Part shown: one piece after another, positions 12,229 through 23,400 of the stretch
Layout of the letters: each line of letters starts with the position of its first letter
How positions within the stretch are numbered: the first letter of the stretch is position 1
NCBI RefSeq assembly: GCF_038025025.1
Contig: NW_027117348.1
Coordinates: 1,178,001-1,242,000 of the forward strand
Length of the DNA stretch: 64,000 nt
Origin: Phyllosticta citribraziliensis
Taxonomy: Eukaryota
Direction of reading: 5' to 3'
Position numbers and translations under genes: made by a program
Notes under the pieces: generated by a model
Databases searched by the model: none
What the model saw: only the letters and a program-made list of their open reading frames with translations
Told to the model about the DNA's origin: nothing

Positions 12229-13804
12229 TTAGAAAAACATGTCCTCGGCCCTCCTCCTGGCAGCGCCGCGCCCTTTGATCTTGTCCCCAAAGAGTTCCTT
12301 GCCCGCGTTGCTCCCGCTTTTGATTGGGAAGAGCTCCTTGACATTGACCGGCTCGCTTGCTGCTCCTCTAATGTGGAAGCCCGGAGCCTGCTCGCCTGCG
12401 CCCTTGACCGAAAAGCCTTCTGCCTGGCCATTGTGGCGACCTCGACCATTGACGTTGCTACCAGAGAGAGGGTTGTTGATGCGATCTTCCAGGCTGCGAG
12501 GATTGTTGGCGTTGATGCGTTCTTCGAGCGAGCGTGGCATGTTGCCAATGAATCCTTCGGTTCCGTCCGCAGCGTCAAAAGCATCTTGCCGCCGGTGGTT
12601 AGAGTGAGCAGTCTTGTTTGGGAAGAGCTCGCGCGAGCGCTTGCCGGGGGTGTGCTTGTGAGGAAACAATTCCCTGGGGCTTGTTGGGCTGGCCGTTGAC
12701 AGTACCGAAGTAGGCTTCTGGACCGGGAAGAGCTCCTTTTGAGAATTGGTGACACCTGGGTCGCGGCGTGTTGCGGTAGATGGCGGGGTGTAGCTGCGTC
12801 TGCGGACCTTGCGGGCCATGGAGTTCTGGTCTTCTGCAAATCCGTACCGACCGTCTCCGTCTCGCAACGGCGATGCGCTCCGGTCACGAAGTCGGCCGTC
12901 GTCTTTTTTGCTGCCAAAGAGGTCGCCCTGGCTTCGTCTCCTACCTCTACCGCGCCTGTCGTCTCGTCTGCTGTCCAGGGAGTCTGACCTGCGCCGAGTC
13001 CTCCGCCTGCTTCGAGCCCGTGAGTCCGATCCACCGTCTTCATCATACATGTCCACGTCAAAAGTTTCGGCCTGCTTCCTGCGTCTTTGTTCGTTGTCAT
13101 CGTAACGCCTCTTTTTGAAATCCCCATTTCCACGGCTGCTCCGGCCCCGTCGTCGCTGCTCCCGAGGATCCTTGTCCGGGTTCATGAGGTAGAAGCGGCT
13201 GGCTTCGTGCGCGCGAGCTCTCTTGACATCGGTGACGACGGCCTGTCTCACTGCAAGATCGACATCTGGCTTGTCGTAAAACGGCCGTGCCTTGCGCAGC
13301 TCAAAGGCCGATAGCGACGCGACATCCGCAAAGGACGGGTCGGACAGAGCGCCCAAAGCAGCAAAAGCCGTCTCCGCATCTTCGTAGACAATGTTTGCCG
13401 ACGTGTCGTCGATCCATTCAATCCTGACGTATCGGTCGGTGGGAAAGTGTTCGAGAGCGAATGCCTTGATTTCGCCCGTAGTTAGGTTGTCCAAGCCCCT
13501 AATGTGAACCTTGTCGGGTTGAGCTTCCGCTGCGGGAGCTTGGTTGGTAAAGGCTGCGCCGGCATTGATTCCAAAGTCGCCCTGTTCGTGCAGTGTCAGC
13601 CGGGCGGCGCTGACCGTGGCGGGCAAGAAAGCGCACCGTTCTCATCGCTTCGGGCTCGAGCTGGGCCTCAGCCTCGGCGGGGATGGACAAGTCTATGTCC
13701 ATATCAATGTCCATGTCGATGTCGTTGTAGTTGTTTTGAGGAGGCGCGTTGCCGGCGCCCGCAAAGTCGAGGCTCATGGTGGGCTGGACGTTGGACGTCT
13801 CCAT
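12229..13804 (-). CDS. Nuclear cap-binding protein subunit 3-like (NCBP3/DUF2414); exons 13804-13637 and 13581-12229
   Basis: KVHIRGLDNLTT...RIEWIDDTSANIVY RRM-like motif, ASRFYLMNP, and an RS-rich tail with repeated KELFP. 55-nt intron in frame. Confidence 0.85.
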
Positions 13805-14281
13805 GCCATGAGTGAATGAGGTAACGGGGGAGGAGGGGAGGATTGGTTGGGTCAAAGGTGTTGGCGATGCTGAGCCATGCCGCGGTCCCTCAGCCCCAAA
13901 GAAGCGGGAGAGTCAGCGATGATCCGTGCGCGGACGCGGCGGCGGAACAACCGAACTCCGCCTTGAGACTTCATTCAAGACGTCGAAGACTTTCAAATGC
14001 CAACAGAGAATCTGTTCCTGGTCAAGACTCGAATGATTCGATTCCAACGCAGCATCAGCCTGTCTATACTCGTCTCAACAAGTCGGCTTCCAACGTCCAG
14101 CACCTTGATGCTAGTACCCTCGACATGCATTTCAATATGGTTGTCACTTTTATCATTCAACGAGTCCCAAAATCATTTCATTTAACGTCGCTGGTATCGC
14201 TTCTGCATGAGAAATAGCAGGTAAAGCCGGGCAACGTCGAAGAGTAAAAACTAAACCCAACCCTCCACCCGCGGCCGCCCA

Positions 14282-15286
14282 CTAACCCACCAGCCCTGCC
14301 TTTCCCTGTCCCCTCTCATCCTCATCATCATCCCGCTTCTTCCTCCTCCCCCCGAACCCCGGCTTCTGCGAGCAGGTCACTTTGTTTGCTTTGGCAACCT
14401 TGCGCTCGTCGAAGCCCGTCTCCGCCCTCAGCTTGCGGCAGTACCACAAGCGACAAGCCGAGCCCGTCTTCTGCACGTCGTGGACCGTGCGAACCCTCCG
14501 CCCAATGACCTCCCACATCTCCAAGACCGGGTGGTCGTGTCCGCCGTTCTCGACGACGTACCGCACGCTCTCGGCCAGCGCTGCCTCCTCTCCGGCCGTC
14601 CAGGCGCGGGATGGGGACCTGGTGTTGCTTGGACTGGGTGTGGCGAGAGTGGAGGCGGTGGATGGAGTGGCGGGAGGCGTTGGCGCGAGAGCGAATGGGT
14701 TGGCGGCCGTGGTGAGAGGTGGACGCCCGCTCGCCGATGCGTTGACGGGTGTGCTGGGCGCTTCGGTGCTGCTGGTTCGCGCGTGTTGTCTGGTCTGGGC
14801 TCGGGTTGCGCGCGGGGTGGTAGCCGCGGTGACGATGGTGGCCTCCGGACGAGGTGTCGGGCTGGCTTGGGTACTCGGCCCAGCGATGGGGTTCGGAGGA
14901 GGCGCCTGCACACAATTAGCACTCGAAAAGTCACTTGGAAGAGTGTCGCTTACCATCTGGCGGCTGGGCACAGGAGTTTGGGGAGACCGCTCGGGTCGAG
15001 ACGGTCCAGGCGAGGGCGTCGACGCAGTCTCCTGCTGGTCTTCCATCTCCGAGTCGAACATGCCGGGGAAAGTCGAGTTGGAGTCTCTCCGGGCGGCGCT
15101 GGGACTCCTCAAGTTGTACACCGGACGCTCCAAAGGCCGTCCACGCAGCACGAACTCGGTCGGAGCCTCAGTGTTGACGGCTGAGGTGCTGATGACGCGA
15201 GGGTGGGCCTCCAGCTCCAGATCACCACGACCGCGCTTGGGAGTGGTGTCTTTGCGGTCGTTTCCCTTTCCACCGTTGTTCGACAT
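14282..15286 (-). CDS. Ser/Thr/Pro-rich protein with C-terminal Myb/SANT-like domain
   Basis: ATG at 15286 (MSNNGG). WTAGEEAAL...MWEVIGRRV...KTGSACRLWY has Myb-like Trp spacing. TATA-like TATATAAA lies upstream on the minus strand (~15451-15458). Confidence 0.6.
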   Translation of the reverse strand: MSNNGGKGNDRKDTTPKRGRGDLELEAHPRVISTSAVNTEAPTEFVLRGRPLERPVYNLRSPSAARRDSNSTFPGMFDSEMEDQQETASTPSPGPSRPERSPQTPVPSRQMVSDTLPSDFSSANCVQAPPPNPIAGPSTQASPTPRPEATIVTAATTPRATRAQTRQHARTSSTEAPSTPVNASASGRPPLTTAANPFALAPTPPATPSTASTLATPSPSNTRSPSRAWTAGEEAALAESVRYVVENGGHDHPVLEMWEVIGRRVRTVHDVQKTGSACRLWYCRKLRAETGFDERKVAKANKVTCSQKPGFGGRRKKRDDDEDERGQGKAGLVG

Positions 15287-18283
15287 GGTGAAGGAGGGGT
15301 GAAAAGCGAGTAGGTGAGTGGAAGGCTGGGTAGGTGTCGGCGTCGGTGTCGGTAACGGCGCAGGATGCTTGGAGGAGGCTGGCTGGAGACGTAGGCGGAT
15401 GGAAGAGAGGAAGATGTTGCAGCGCACACCGTCCGCCGCCAAGAAAGAGATTTATATAGGGTGCGCCGTGAAGCTGGGTGCGCCTGCACTGTCCCCAAAT
15501 AGGACAAATCGCAGCGCCTGCTGAGCGCCCGCTGTCTACACAGCGTGAATATTCTCCTAAACACAGCGTTAAGCGAAAGGCACTAGGAAGCATCTGGAAG
15601 CGGGCGCTGAAAAAGCTGTGCGAGCCACTTTCAAAGCAAAACCAAACGTAAACCCCTCCTCTTCACTTGACAAAAGGTCTCTATTGACGTGCGAAGAAAG
15701 GAGTTCTGCGGTCGGGGAGGTATACATTGAGGCAGGAATTTGCGAGGCAGTTGACTGCTTTCCCCCTTCTTTCGCTGCGGCTTTGTAGCTCTTATAGCGA
15801 CGTCCTCTCTGAGTCTGATGCTGATGCTTGCTAAAGACCTGCAAAACCGGCGTAACTGGCAAGCCATCGGACCACAACTGCAGAAGCGCTTTGTTTGGAC
15901 AACTACGGATGGCCGCTATCACTTGCTGTAGACTCAGGGCGCTACCCATCACACGAGCCCAAGCCACCGCGATACCAACCCAGGCCACCCAATAACTTCA
16001 AGCTCGCTCCACGCAGCAAGCAGTTTCCAGCTCATTCACCACAGCGACCTACCCTGCCAACTCCACTTTGCAAACTGGTTGCGGGCGCGAGGTGAAAGTG
16101 GAATCATGGCTCCCTGCGTGTCTCAGTGACCCACCCACCGCTCACTTCGCTCCAGAACTCCTCTCCTCTCTGCTCTGCACGCGTTGTCTCGATGCTTGCA
16201 CTCTACCACCATTTCTCAGCTTGCGCATGGTTGGCTCGGGCTTCCTATCTCTGCAATGCGGAATGAGTTTGGTGAAGCGAGGTAAAGCGGCGACACTGGA
16301 TTGCAAGACGACGATGCGGATGATGTGAAGGTGAATAGGTGAAGCAATGGCTGTACCGTTAACTAAAGACAAATCAAACCCATGAGTGGAGCTCATCTCT
16401 GGCCTGTTGATCACGCCAATTTGATGCGTAGCGCGGAACCCACCGTTTTCGACAAGAATTTCCCAAGCGTCGATCTCGCCATGTATGTATGTATGTACTG
16501 TACGATCAACTTAAAGGCTCGACACTTGAGCAGACCGTTTTCACGAAGACCGAGCTTAACTATTTCGTGGAAAATACGGCACTGTCTCATCCACGGCCCC
16601 TCAAAAGCAAATGCTGTCGCTGCTTCTCATGTCAATCAACGCTGTTCTGAAGACATGCCATGGATGAGTTGCGCAACAAATTCAAACAAGTCCTCAGCAC
16701 AATTGCAGCCAATTCTCCTGTCCCTCCACTCACAAACAGAGTCTCCGGGGAAATCTATCAAGTGTCATAGCCGTGCGTAGGGGCAAGATTCACGGCACGG
16801 GTTTCTCCACGCCCGCCATCTTCCAACAGTCCCGCCGCGTGCGTAGGCTGCGCGCAACAGCCTGGGAACAAGCGCACGCACCGTCGGCGAGCGCTGGCAA
16901 ACCACTTCGCAGCTTTGCGTTCAACACTGACTGACCGCAAGCAGCAGCCGCTCCAATCACTCTGTCGATCCACAGGTTCACACATTGCACTTCACCGCGT
17001 CGCCAGACACTTTCTCGTCACAGAAACAGTGTTATATGTTGTTTTTCAAAGAAATATGCCATCCATGCACACCATGTTGAAGTACAGATAATATACAGTC
17101 GAATCCAGCGACTCTCGATTTTTGATGTAGCTCGGCTCGACTCGGCGAGCAGCCCAACCCAATCAGAAAAACAAATGCAACACTCCAGTCGAAAGCCACG
17201 ACAAAAAGAGAAATAGAAGGAGGAAAGAGGCAACGCGCTCGCAACATATCGTTAGGGAGGGTGTATCAACGCAACAGCAGCATTCCATTCCGTACCAGTC
17301 GTGTCCTCGTTCGTCGTCGTCGCGCAGCAAAGCAAAGCAAAGCAAAGGAGCAATTTGATATAGTCAGACAACAAGGAAAAGAAAAGCGGCAGAAAAGGAG
17401 AGTGGTATAGTGGAGCCAAACCAGGCAAAGAGATCAACGACTAGATCAACAACACAACGCTCGCTATTTGTCGGGTGTGGAAAACAAGTGGCCGCTCTAC
17501 TATAACAAAAACCAGTCATGTGTAAATCGTGTATCGACGTCAACTCCTCCCACCCAAAAACGTGCAAAGGGGTAGGTAAAAACGATTCTGTACGTGCTCT
17601 TACATGTCATGCCGTGTACTGAAAGAGACAAAGGGAAAACAAATGTTGCGTCACTGACGTATGACGCAGCAGCAGGGCTCAGCAGGCCCGCCTATGACGC
17701 GCCCGTACCGCTGCCGCACGTTCCCCATCCGTAAAGAAACAACACAACGCCAGGGAAATCTTTTTCCAAATGGGTCCCAAAAAGGGGAGAGTAGTAATAC
17801 ATGCCACGGGTGGAGAAGTGTAAAGATAGAAACAGACGTGCAGTCAAAAGGGGGGACTACGTTGCGTTCTCCCCATATGCATGACGAAATCCATAACCCG
17901 ACTGGGCGTGAGGATTGACGTAGGGCGAGCGACAGGACAACCGACTCTTGATGCCCGTTGTCCGACGTCTGGCTGCAGTGTCGTCACAGGCGAAGAGCGA
18001 AAGCAAGCAAGATGCTCGCATCACCTCGTCATGACAAGATACGGCGGGGCACAGCGGCCTCCAAGTACGTCAAGGGCTTGCAAGTCGGGTAATGGTCGTG
18101 TCTCAGGGTTTGCGACCTTGGGAGCGCGTGGGTTGACGTCGGCGGCCGGCGATCATGACGTAGACCTGCGCGGCTGATTGGCCCGGCTAGCGCAACAACA
18201 GAGACTAGTGTGACGGTCGGACGACGCGGGACCGCGCGCCGTCGGCTTGGGGACGGGCAGACACTCTGACCAGACACCAGGCT

Positions 18284-20419
18284 TTATTCGTACGAGCCTC
18301 CACCGCCGCGGCGCCGGTGCTTGCCGGGAAAGTCGACGTCTGGGTGCACGACGCGCATGTGTCGGGTGAGGGCGTCGTTGCGGCTAAACGTCTTTTCCTC
18401 GACGCAGAGAGCGCAGCGCACCTTTGTCTTGCGAATGTTGTGGATGGTGTCCTCGTGGCGGGTCAGGTCGTAGGGTCGCGAAAAGACCGTGTTGCAGGGT
18501 TTGCCCGTGGTGGGGTTGGTGCGCTCGCACTTGTGAGGCCCTGCCTGAGAGTTGCGCGCCAGCAGCGCCGCCGACGTCATCCCAGAGCCAACGCCAGGCG
18601 TCGTGCTTTGCGCCGGCCGGTGTCCTTCCCGCTTGTGCTTTTGCAGCTTCTGCGGCGTCTCGAAACGAAGCGAACACCCGTGATACGTGCAGGTGTAGGT
18701 CCCAGTGTCGGCATGCGTGCTGCCCGGCTTCTGCGTCGGCGTCGTCGACGTGTCATCGTTGCTGTTCTGACTGGACTCGGGCATCTCACTCGCCGATGAC
18801 TCCATCGACGTCAGCTGCGGGTGGAATTCTGGCGTCTGCTCCGTAATGTTTGGCATAGCCCGGTACTGCTGGTTGAAACCAAGACCTTGCATAACATTCG
18901 GAACCGAGGCAGCCTGGAAACTGAATGCGCTTTGAGGTGGCGACGGACCCGAAACCGACGGGAAACTTGCGTTCGGGACTGCCGACCAGTTGCCGCCTTG
19001 ACTTGTGGCGGTGCTGCCGTACGACACATCCGAGGCATTGTCCAGCTGCTGGCCATAGTCGTTTGCGCTGGCATCTGGAAACAGCGGCATCTTGGAATCC
19101 TCTTCCGTCTCGTGGTAATCAAGTAGCGCATCCTTGGGTGAGATGGTCTTGGGCTCGGCCAGATCCGGTTGGCGCTGACTTCGCTGGAGAGCATACGCGT
19201 CCGCCTCGGCCTTTTGCTGCTCCCGCATTTGCTGAGCGGTGCCTAGGCGCACCTGAGGCGAAGGAAAGGTGTGGCTCGTTGGCGCCAGTGGCGAACCTTG
19301 CCTGAATGGTGACGCGCCTCGGGACATGGAGCTTGCCGGTGACTGCGAGCGCGCATTGTGTGCTGCCTGGAGACGATCGCTCATGATGGAGCGAAATGGA
19401 GAGAGCAGTGCCGCATTGGACTTGGCCTGGGCCGTTGACTGCGCTTGAGGGATGGTGGCGTTGGGGTTGTAGAGCTCGTCGGCGTAAATGTCCGTCATTG
19501 TTCGGTCCAGCTTGGGAACAGTTTGCCTCATGAGGTCTGAATCGTCGGGGTATTGTAAGTAATCATCGATCCAGTCATCGACCCGTTTGTGGGAAGTCTC
19601 ACCATTTGAGGGCACCTTGAAGCGGTCGTCGGATTCGTCTTGGCCGTTGTGTGGCGTGGCAGGCGAGTCGGTACCATAGCTGGACACTGACTGCCTTGAC
19701 GAGTGGCCAAAGTCTGGGCATCCCGACTCGTTTGACGGCTGCTGGTCCATCAGGGCCTGCTTGACTGCCAGATGGGCAGCCATGCCATTGTCTGTGCCCA
19801 TGTTCATACTATAGTTGTTGGAGTATGAATTGGCAAAGTTGTCTTGAGTGGGGGTGTGGGACGGAGTAGGTAGGTGATTCGAGAAGGTGCTCGAGTTGGT
19901 ATCCCCGAGGGTATATGAGGATGATGAGTCAACCTTGGGCACTTGCGGCGTCGCCGGAGACTGGTCGGAGCTAGGGTAGTATTGGAACGACTGCGCCGCG
20001 TTGTGTGTGGCGGCGGAGAGGTTTGAGCCGGTTGTTGACGACGACGGCGACCGACGATGCGAGCGCTGGCCGGTGGCAATGGGCGCCTGTAGCCGAGCAG
20101 CGTTGACGGGCACGGATGTGGTGTTGTCGAGCGAGTTCCATGGAAATGGTGCGCCGTTGTTGTCGGACAGCATCATCAGGTCTGCCGTCGAAAAGTTGCC
20201 GGACATGGGCGGTTGGTTGACCCTCGGAGGGTTTGAAAAATCAAAGGTGCTCATGTAGTGGTCGTTGCGAGGTTGTTGTGCTGATTGGAAGTAGTTGCGG
20301 AGTTGTTTATCGTTGCTGAGTTCGGTGGGAGAGGGGGCGGAAGAGGTGTTGTTGAAGAAGTCGAGGTGGGAGGATGCGGAAGGTTGATGTGGTCGTCGTG
20401 CAGGATAGCAAGCCAGCAT
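18284..20419 (-). CDS. RPN4: C2H2 zinc-finger transcription factor, Rpn4 orthologue (proteasome gene regulator)
   Basis: C-terminal fingers YTCTYHGC...HKREGH, HKCERTNPTTGKPCNTVFSRPYDLTRHEDTIH and CALCVEEKTFSRNDALTRHMRVVH match filamentous-fungal Rpn4. Also VPKLDRTMTDIYADELY and TISPKDALLDY. Confidence 0.85.
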   Translation of the reverse strand: MLACYPARRPHQPSASSHLDFFNNTSSAPSPTELSNDKQLRNYFQSAQQPRNDHYMSTFDFSNPPRVNQPPMSGNFSTADLMMLSDNNGAPFPWNSLDNTTSVPVNAARLQAPIATGQRSHRRSPSSSTTGSNLSAATHNAAQSFQYYPSSDQSPATPQVPKVDSSSSYTLGDTNSSTFSNHLPTPSHTPTQDNFANSYSNNYSMNMGTDNGMAAHLAVKQALMDQQPSNESGCPDFGHSSRQSVSSYGTDSPATPHNGQDESDDRFKVPSNGETSHKRVDDWIDDYLQYPDDSDLMRQTVPKLDRTMTDIYADELYNPNATIPQAQSTAQAKSNAALLSPFRSIMSDRLQAAHNARSQSPASSMSRGASPFRQGSPLAPTSHTFPSPQVRLGTAQQMREQQKAEADAYALQRSQRQPDLAEPKTISPKDALLDYHETEEDSKMPLFPDASANDYGQQLDNASDVSYGSTATSQGGNWSAVPNASFPSVSGPSPPQSAFSFQAASVPNVMQGLGFNQQYRAMPNITEQTPEFHPQLTSMESSASEMPESSQNSNDDTSTTPTQKPGSTHADTGTYTCTYHGCSLRFETPQKLQKHKREGHRPAQSTTPGVGSGMTSAALLARNSQAGPHKCERTNPTTGKPCNTVFSRPYDLTRHEDTIHNIRKTKVRCALCVEEKTFSRNDALTRHMRVVHPDVDFPGKHRRRGGGGSYE

Positions 20420-23400
20420 GATGTAGTCGAGACAGATGGTGGGGACTAGCGGGCCGGGTTAGGGTCAGGGACGGTGGCGAATATAAGGAAAGCAGGACGA
20501 CGCACCTGACTCGGCGAGGCCGGAGGGTTGTAATGTAATGGCGGATCAGTAATGCGGAAGGTCGTCGAAGAGGTTGTAAGAGCGTCGAACAAAGGCAGGC
20601 GAAAAGTGGGTGTGCCAAGTGAGGACGACGTGGGCGGGGGGCTTTTAGGGTCGTCGAGCGAGGGCAGTCAAAGTGGAATGTGCAGTTGCGTCATGGCTGC
20701 CAGGTGCCAGGCCCCAAGCATTCTGGAAGGTGAGTGATCTCCAGCGCACGTCCCGCTCAGCCCTGACCCCGACCCCGACCCCGACCCTGCATCTCCGACC
20801 GGCGCGATCGAGGCCTGCTACCTACGGTACCGTACCCTCTCCAAAAATTTCATTCGACCCCAAGAATAGCCCGCCGTCGCATTCTGCACCACCACCTCAC
20901 CACCACTCCAGCTGCGCCCCGAATCCCAACCATACACTCGCTCGCCGGCTCTCGGCATCCCGCCGCGTCGGCTTCCTCCTTCCTCGCGTGATTGCCTGCC
21001 CTGACCCTCGAGAGACCCTGAGTGGGCTCGAGACGGCGACGAGCCTAACGACCGCTCCAGTCTGCTCGCTTTTGCGAATCCGCCCTATCGATCTCCACCC
21101 GCGGAACCTGCTGCGCATATCGAGGCGCCTCTTCCGCCCATCTATGACTCGACGACGCGCCAACGGCCAACGAGAACGCGCTCCTTAGTCAGCTCTGGAC
21201 CTCTACAATTACTCATGCTTGTCAAACTATGATTCCACCACCGAGTCTTCTCCGCCGCGAAACCAGTCACCGCTCGAGAGTTGCCGTGGCTGTCGGCAAT
21301 AGAGCACGACGGCGACGACGACTCCAGGACGCATCTGGCGAGGCGGCCCGTGGATGCCTGTCTGTGCAAGAAGGAGCCGGGAGCGAGAATCCAAGCCAAG
21401 GCGCATGACGAATCGCATTGCTTGCGGCCGTTGAGGTTCAGGCACCAAAACAGAGACGAAAAAAATTGCTGCCAAACATGCCGAGGCCCCTGTCGCCAGC
21501 GCACCGCCAATAGTGGCTGCTCCGTGTGGCTGTGTCGACGCAGGTGCACCGTAGGGCTGCTAGCGTCGGATTAATGCGGAGCGCGGTCTCTCCGCGTGCG
21601 ACGACGCAGAGAAACATCGCGAAGCTACCATTACCAACCGCATTCTCGACGGCCACCGTCGGTCTTGGCCGGCCACGCCGACCACGCTGCGAGCAGGCAA
21701 CGTTATTCTCGCGGAAGCCCTGGATACCGATATCCGCCGTCGACGCGAGCACCGCCCAGTACACGCTAGAATCCATCAACAATGCAGGGTCCGACAGGCA
21801 ACACCCACGAGATGAACATTGAATGCGGAGCTATGCCCGTCTGGGAACCATCTGACCTCTCGACCGGGTGCGCGTTCTTCAGCCGCTCAATGCATTTGGG
21901 ACATTTTGGTCCTCTCCGCAATCTCAGCTGCTGAAACATTACGCGTATCGACCCTGGCTCGGGACATCTCACCGACTCCAAGGCTCGGTGACCAAAGTCG
22001 TGGCACACTGTGGATTTCCGCGAGCTGGGCACGAATGCTCCCTGTTATTCTCCTCGACACCGGCGCTTGGATGCTCCCGAGCAACCTGGCTTATGGAAGC
22101 CTGAACACTCCCTGTCTGATATTGCTCGCGGTCGGACAAAACAATTCTTGCTGGCAAACTTTGCTGCGCTTATTCGAATTCCATTCGTCATGGACAAAGT
22201 CTGCAAGGCGGAGATTGTGTACACAACAGGAAACTTTCCGTTATCCAACGCCAATCACAGCCTCCATCTGGGATCTTGGGTGCTACTGCGGTGGACCCTT
22301 GTGGAATGACGACAGTAAAAGTCAATTACCGCCAGAAAAATTCGTCGCAGAATCCTTGACTAGCTGCCCGATTCAGCCCGTCCAGGACCATCAACGTCAT
22401 GACATGGTTGTGCAAACTCTATTACCTTGGCAAGAGGGTTCACGTTGAACCCCTCCCTTCATCCCACATGGTCCTTGGCATATGTACTGAGCCCAATTTC
22501 GCCTGCGCAGCGTATTTGTTTGCAGCTGTTTGCACCAGGCAAGGATGGCCGGGCATTGCTGCAGCGGGACGGCCCTTGTGCACCGGCCACTTTTTCTGTG
22601 TTGACGGATGGCCTGCAGTGTGAAAGCATCGCGACTCTTTGGCAGGCTCAAACGGCGGCGTCGTACTCGTCAGAACAATCGCAGCAAAGATGTCGAGTAC
22701 AAAGCAGGACGAAAAGGTTTCGGAGGTTGCCCCTCGGACATCCCGACAGCCCAGTGAGTCCACATGGTTCTTTTCGACGTAGCAATTGCCGAAAAGGGTT
22801 GCCTTACCCAACATGTTGGATACCATCGGAATTTCAGCATGTGGATCACAGCTTGCGACATGACTGATGCTGAAATTGACAACTCCAACGCTTCACTCAT
22901 TTCGATCCCGCCTCGGGCGTCTCTGGCGCTGTGTGCGTGGCCAAGTTGTGCAGAACCACAATACGACGCTTCGGACCATGAGGATTATGCAAAATCAGAG
23001 GCAGCTGAATGTTGGTCATGTCATCAACACACGTGAACGGCGAATGTTGATAGCGACGTCCAGAACGGGACACCAAGGCCTTGCAGCAAGGGTCAGATGC
23101 GGAGAAGAAGGCTAGACCTTTCTTGGCAGTTGAGGATTATTCAGGCACAGTCAATTTCACGAAGCAGGTCTCGCTTGGATTTTGAATCGTGCACCGCTCG
23201 TGGCCAGCGATTTCGGCGCAATCAGCCCATTCCGACGCGACTGAGAAGTGAAGCAATCATGACCATCAGGCGCGGAAACGGAATTTACAGCCTTGAAGCT
23301 CAGAGTCATGGGAGCGACTGGCATCAAACTCCATGTTTTTGCAACATGCCCGTGGGGAGGTTTCCTGATCCGTCTCAGGGTCCATTCCAGCTCCGACGAA

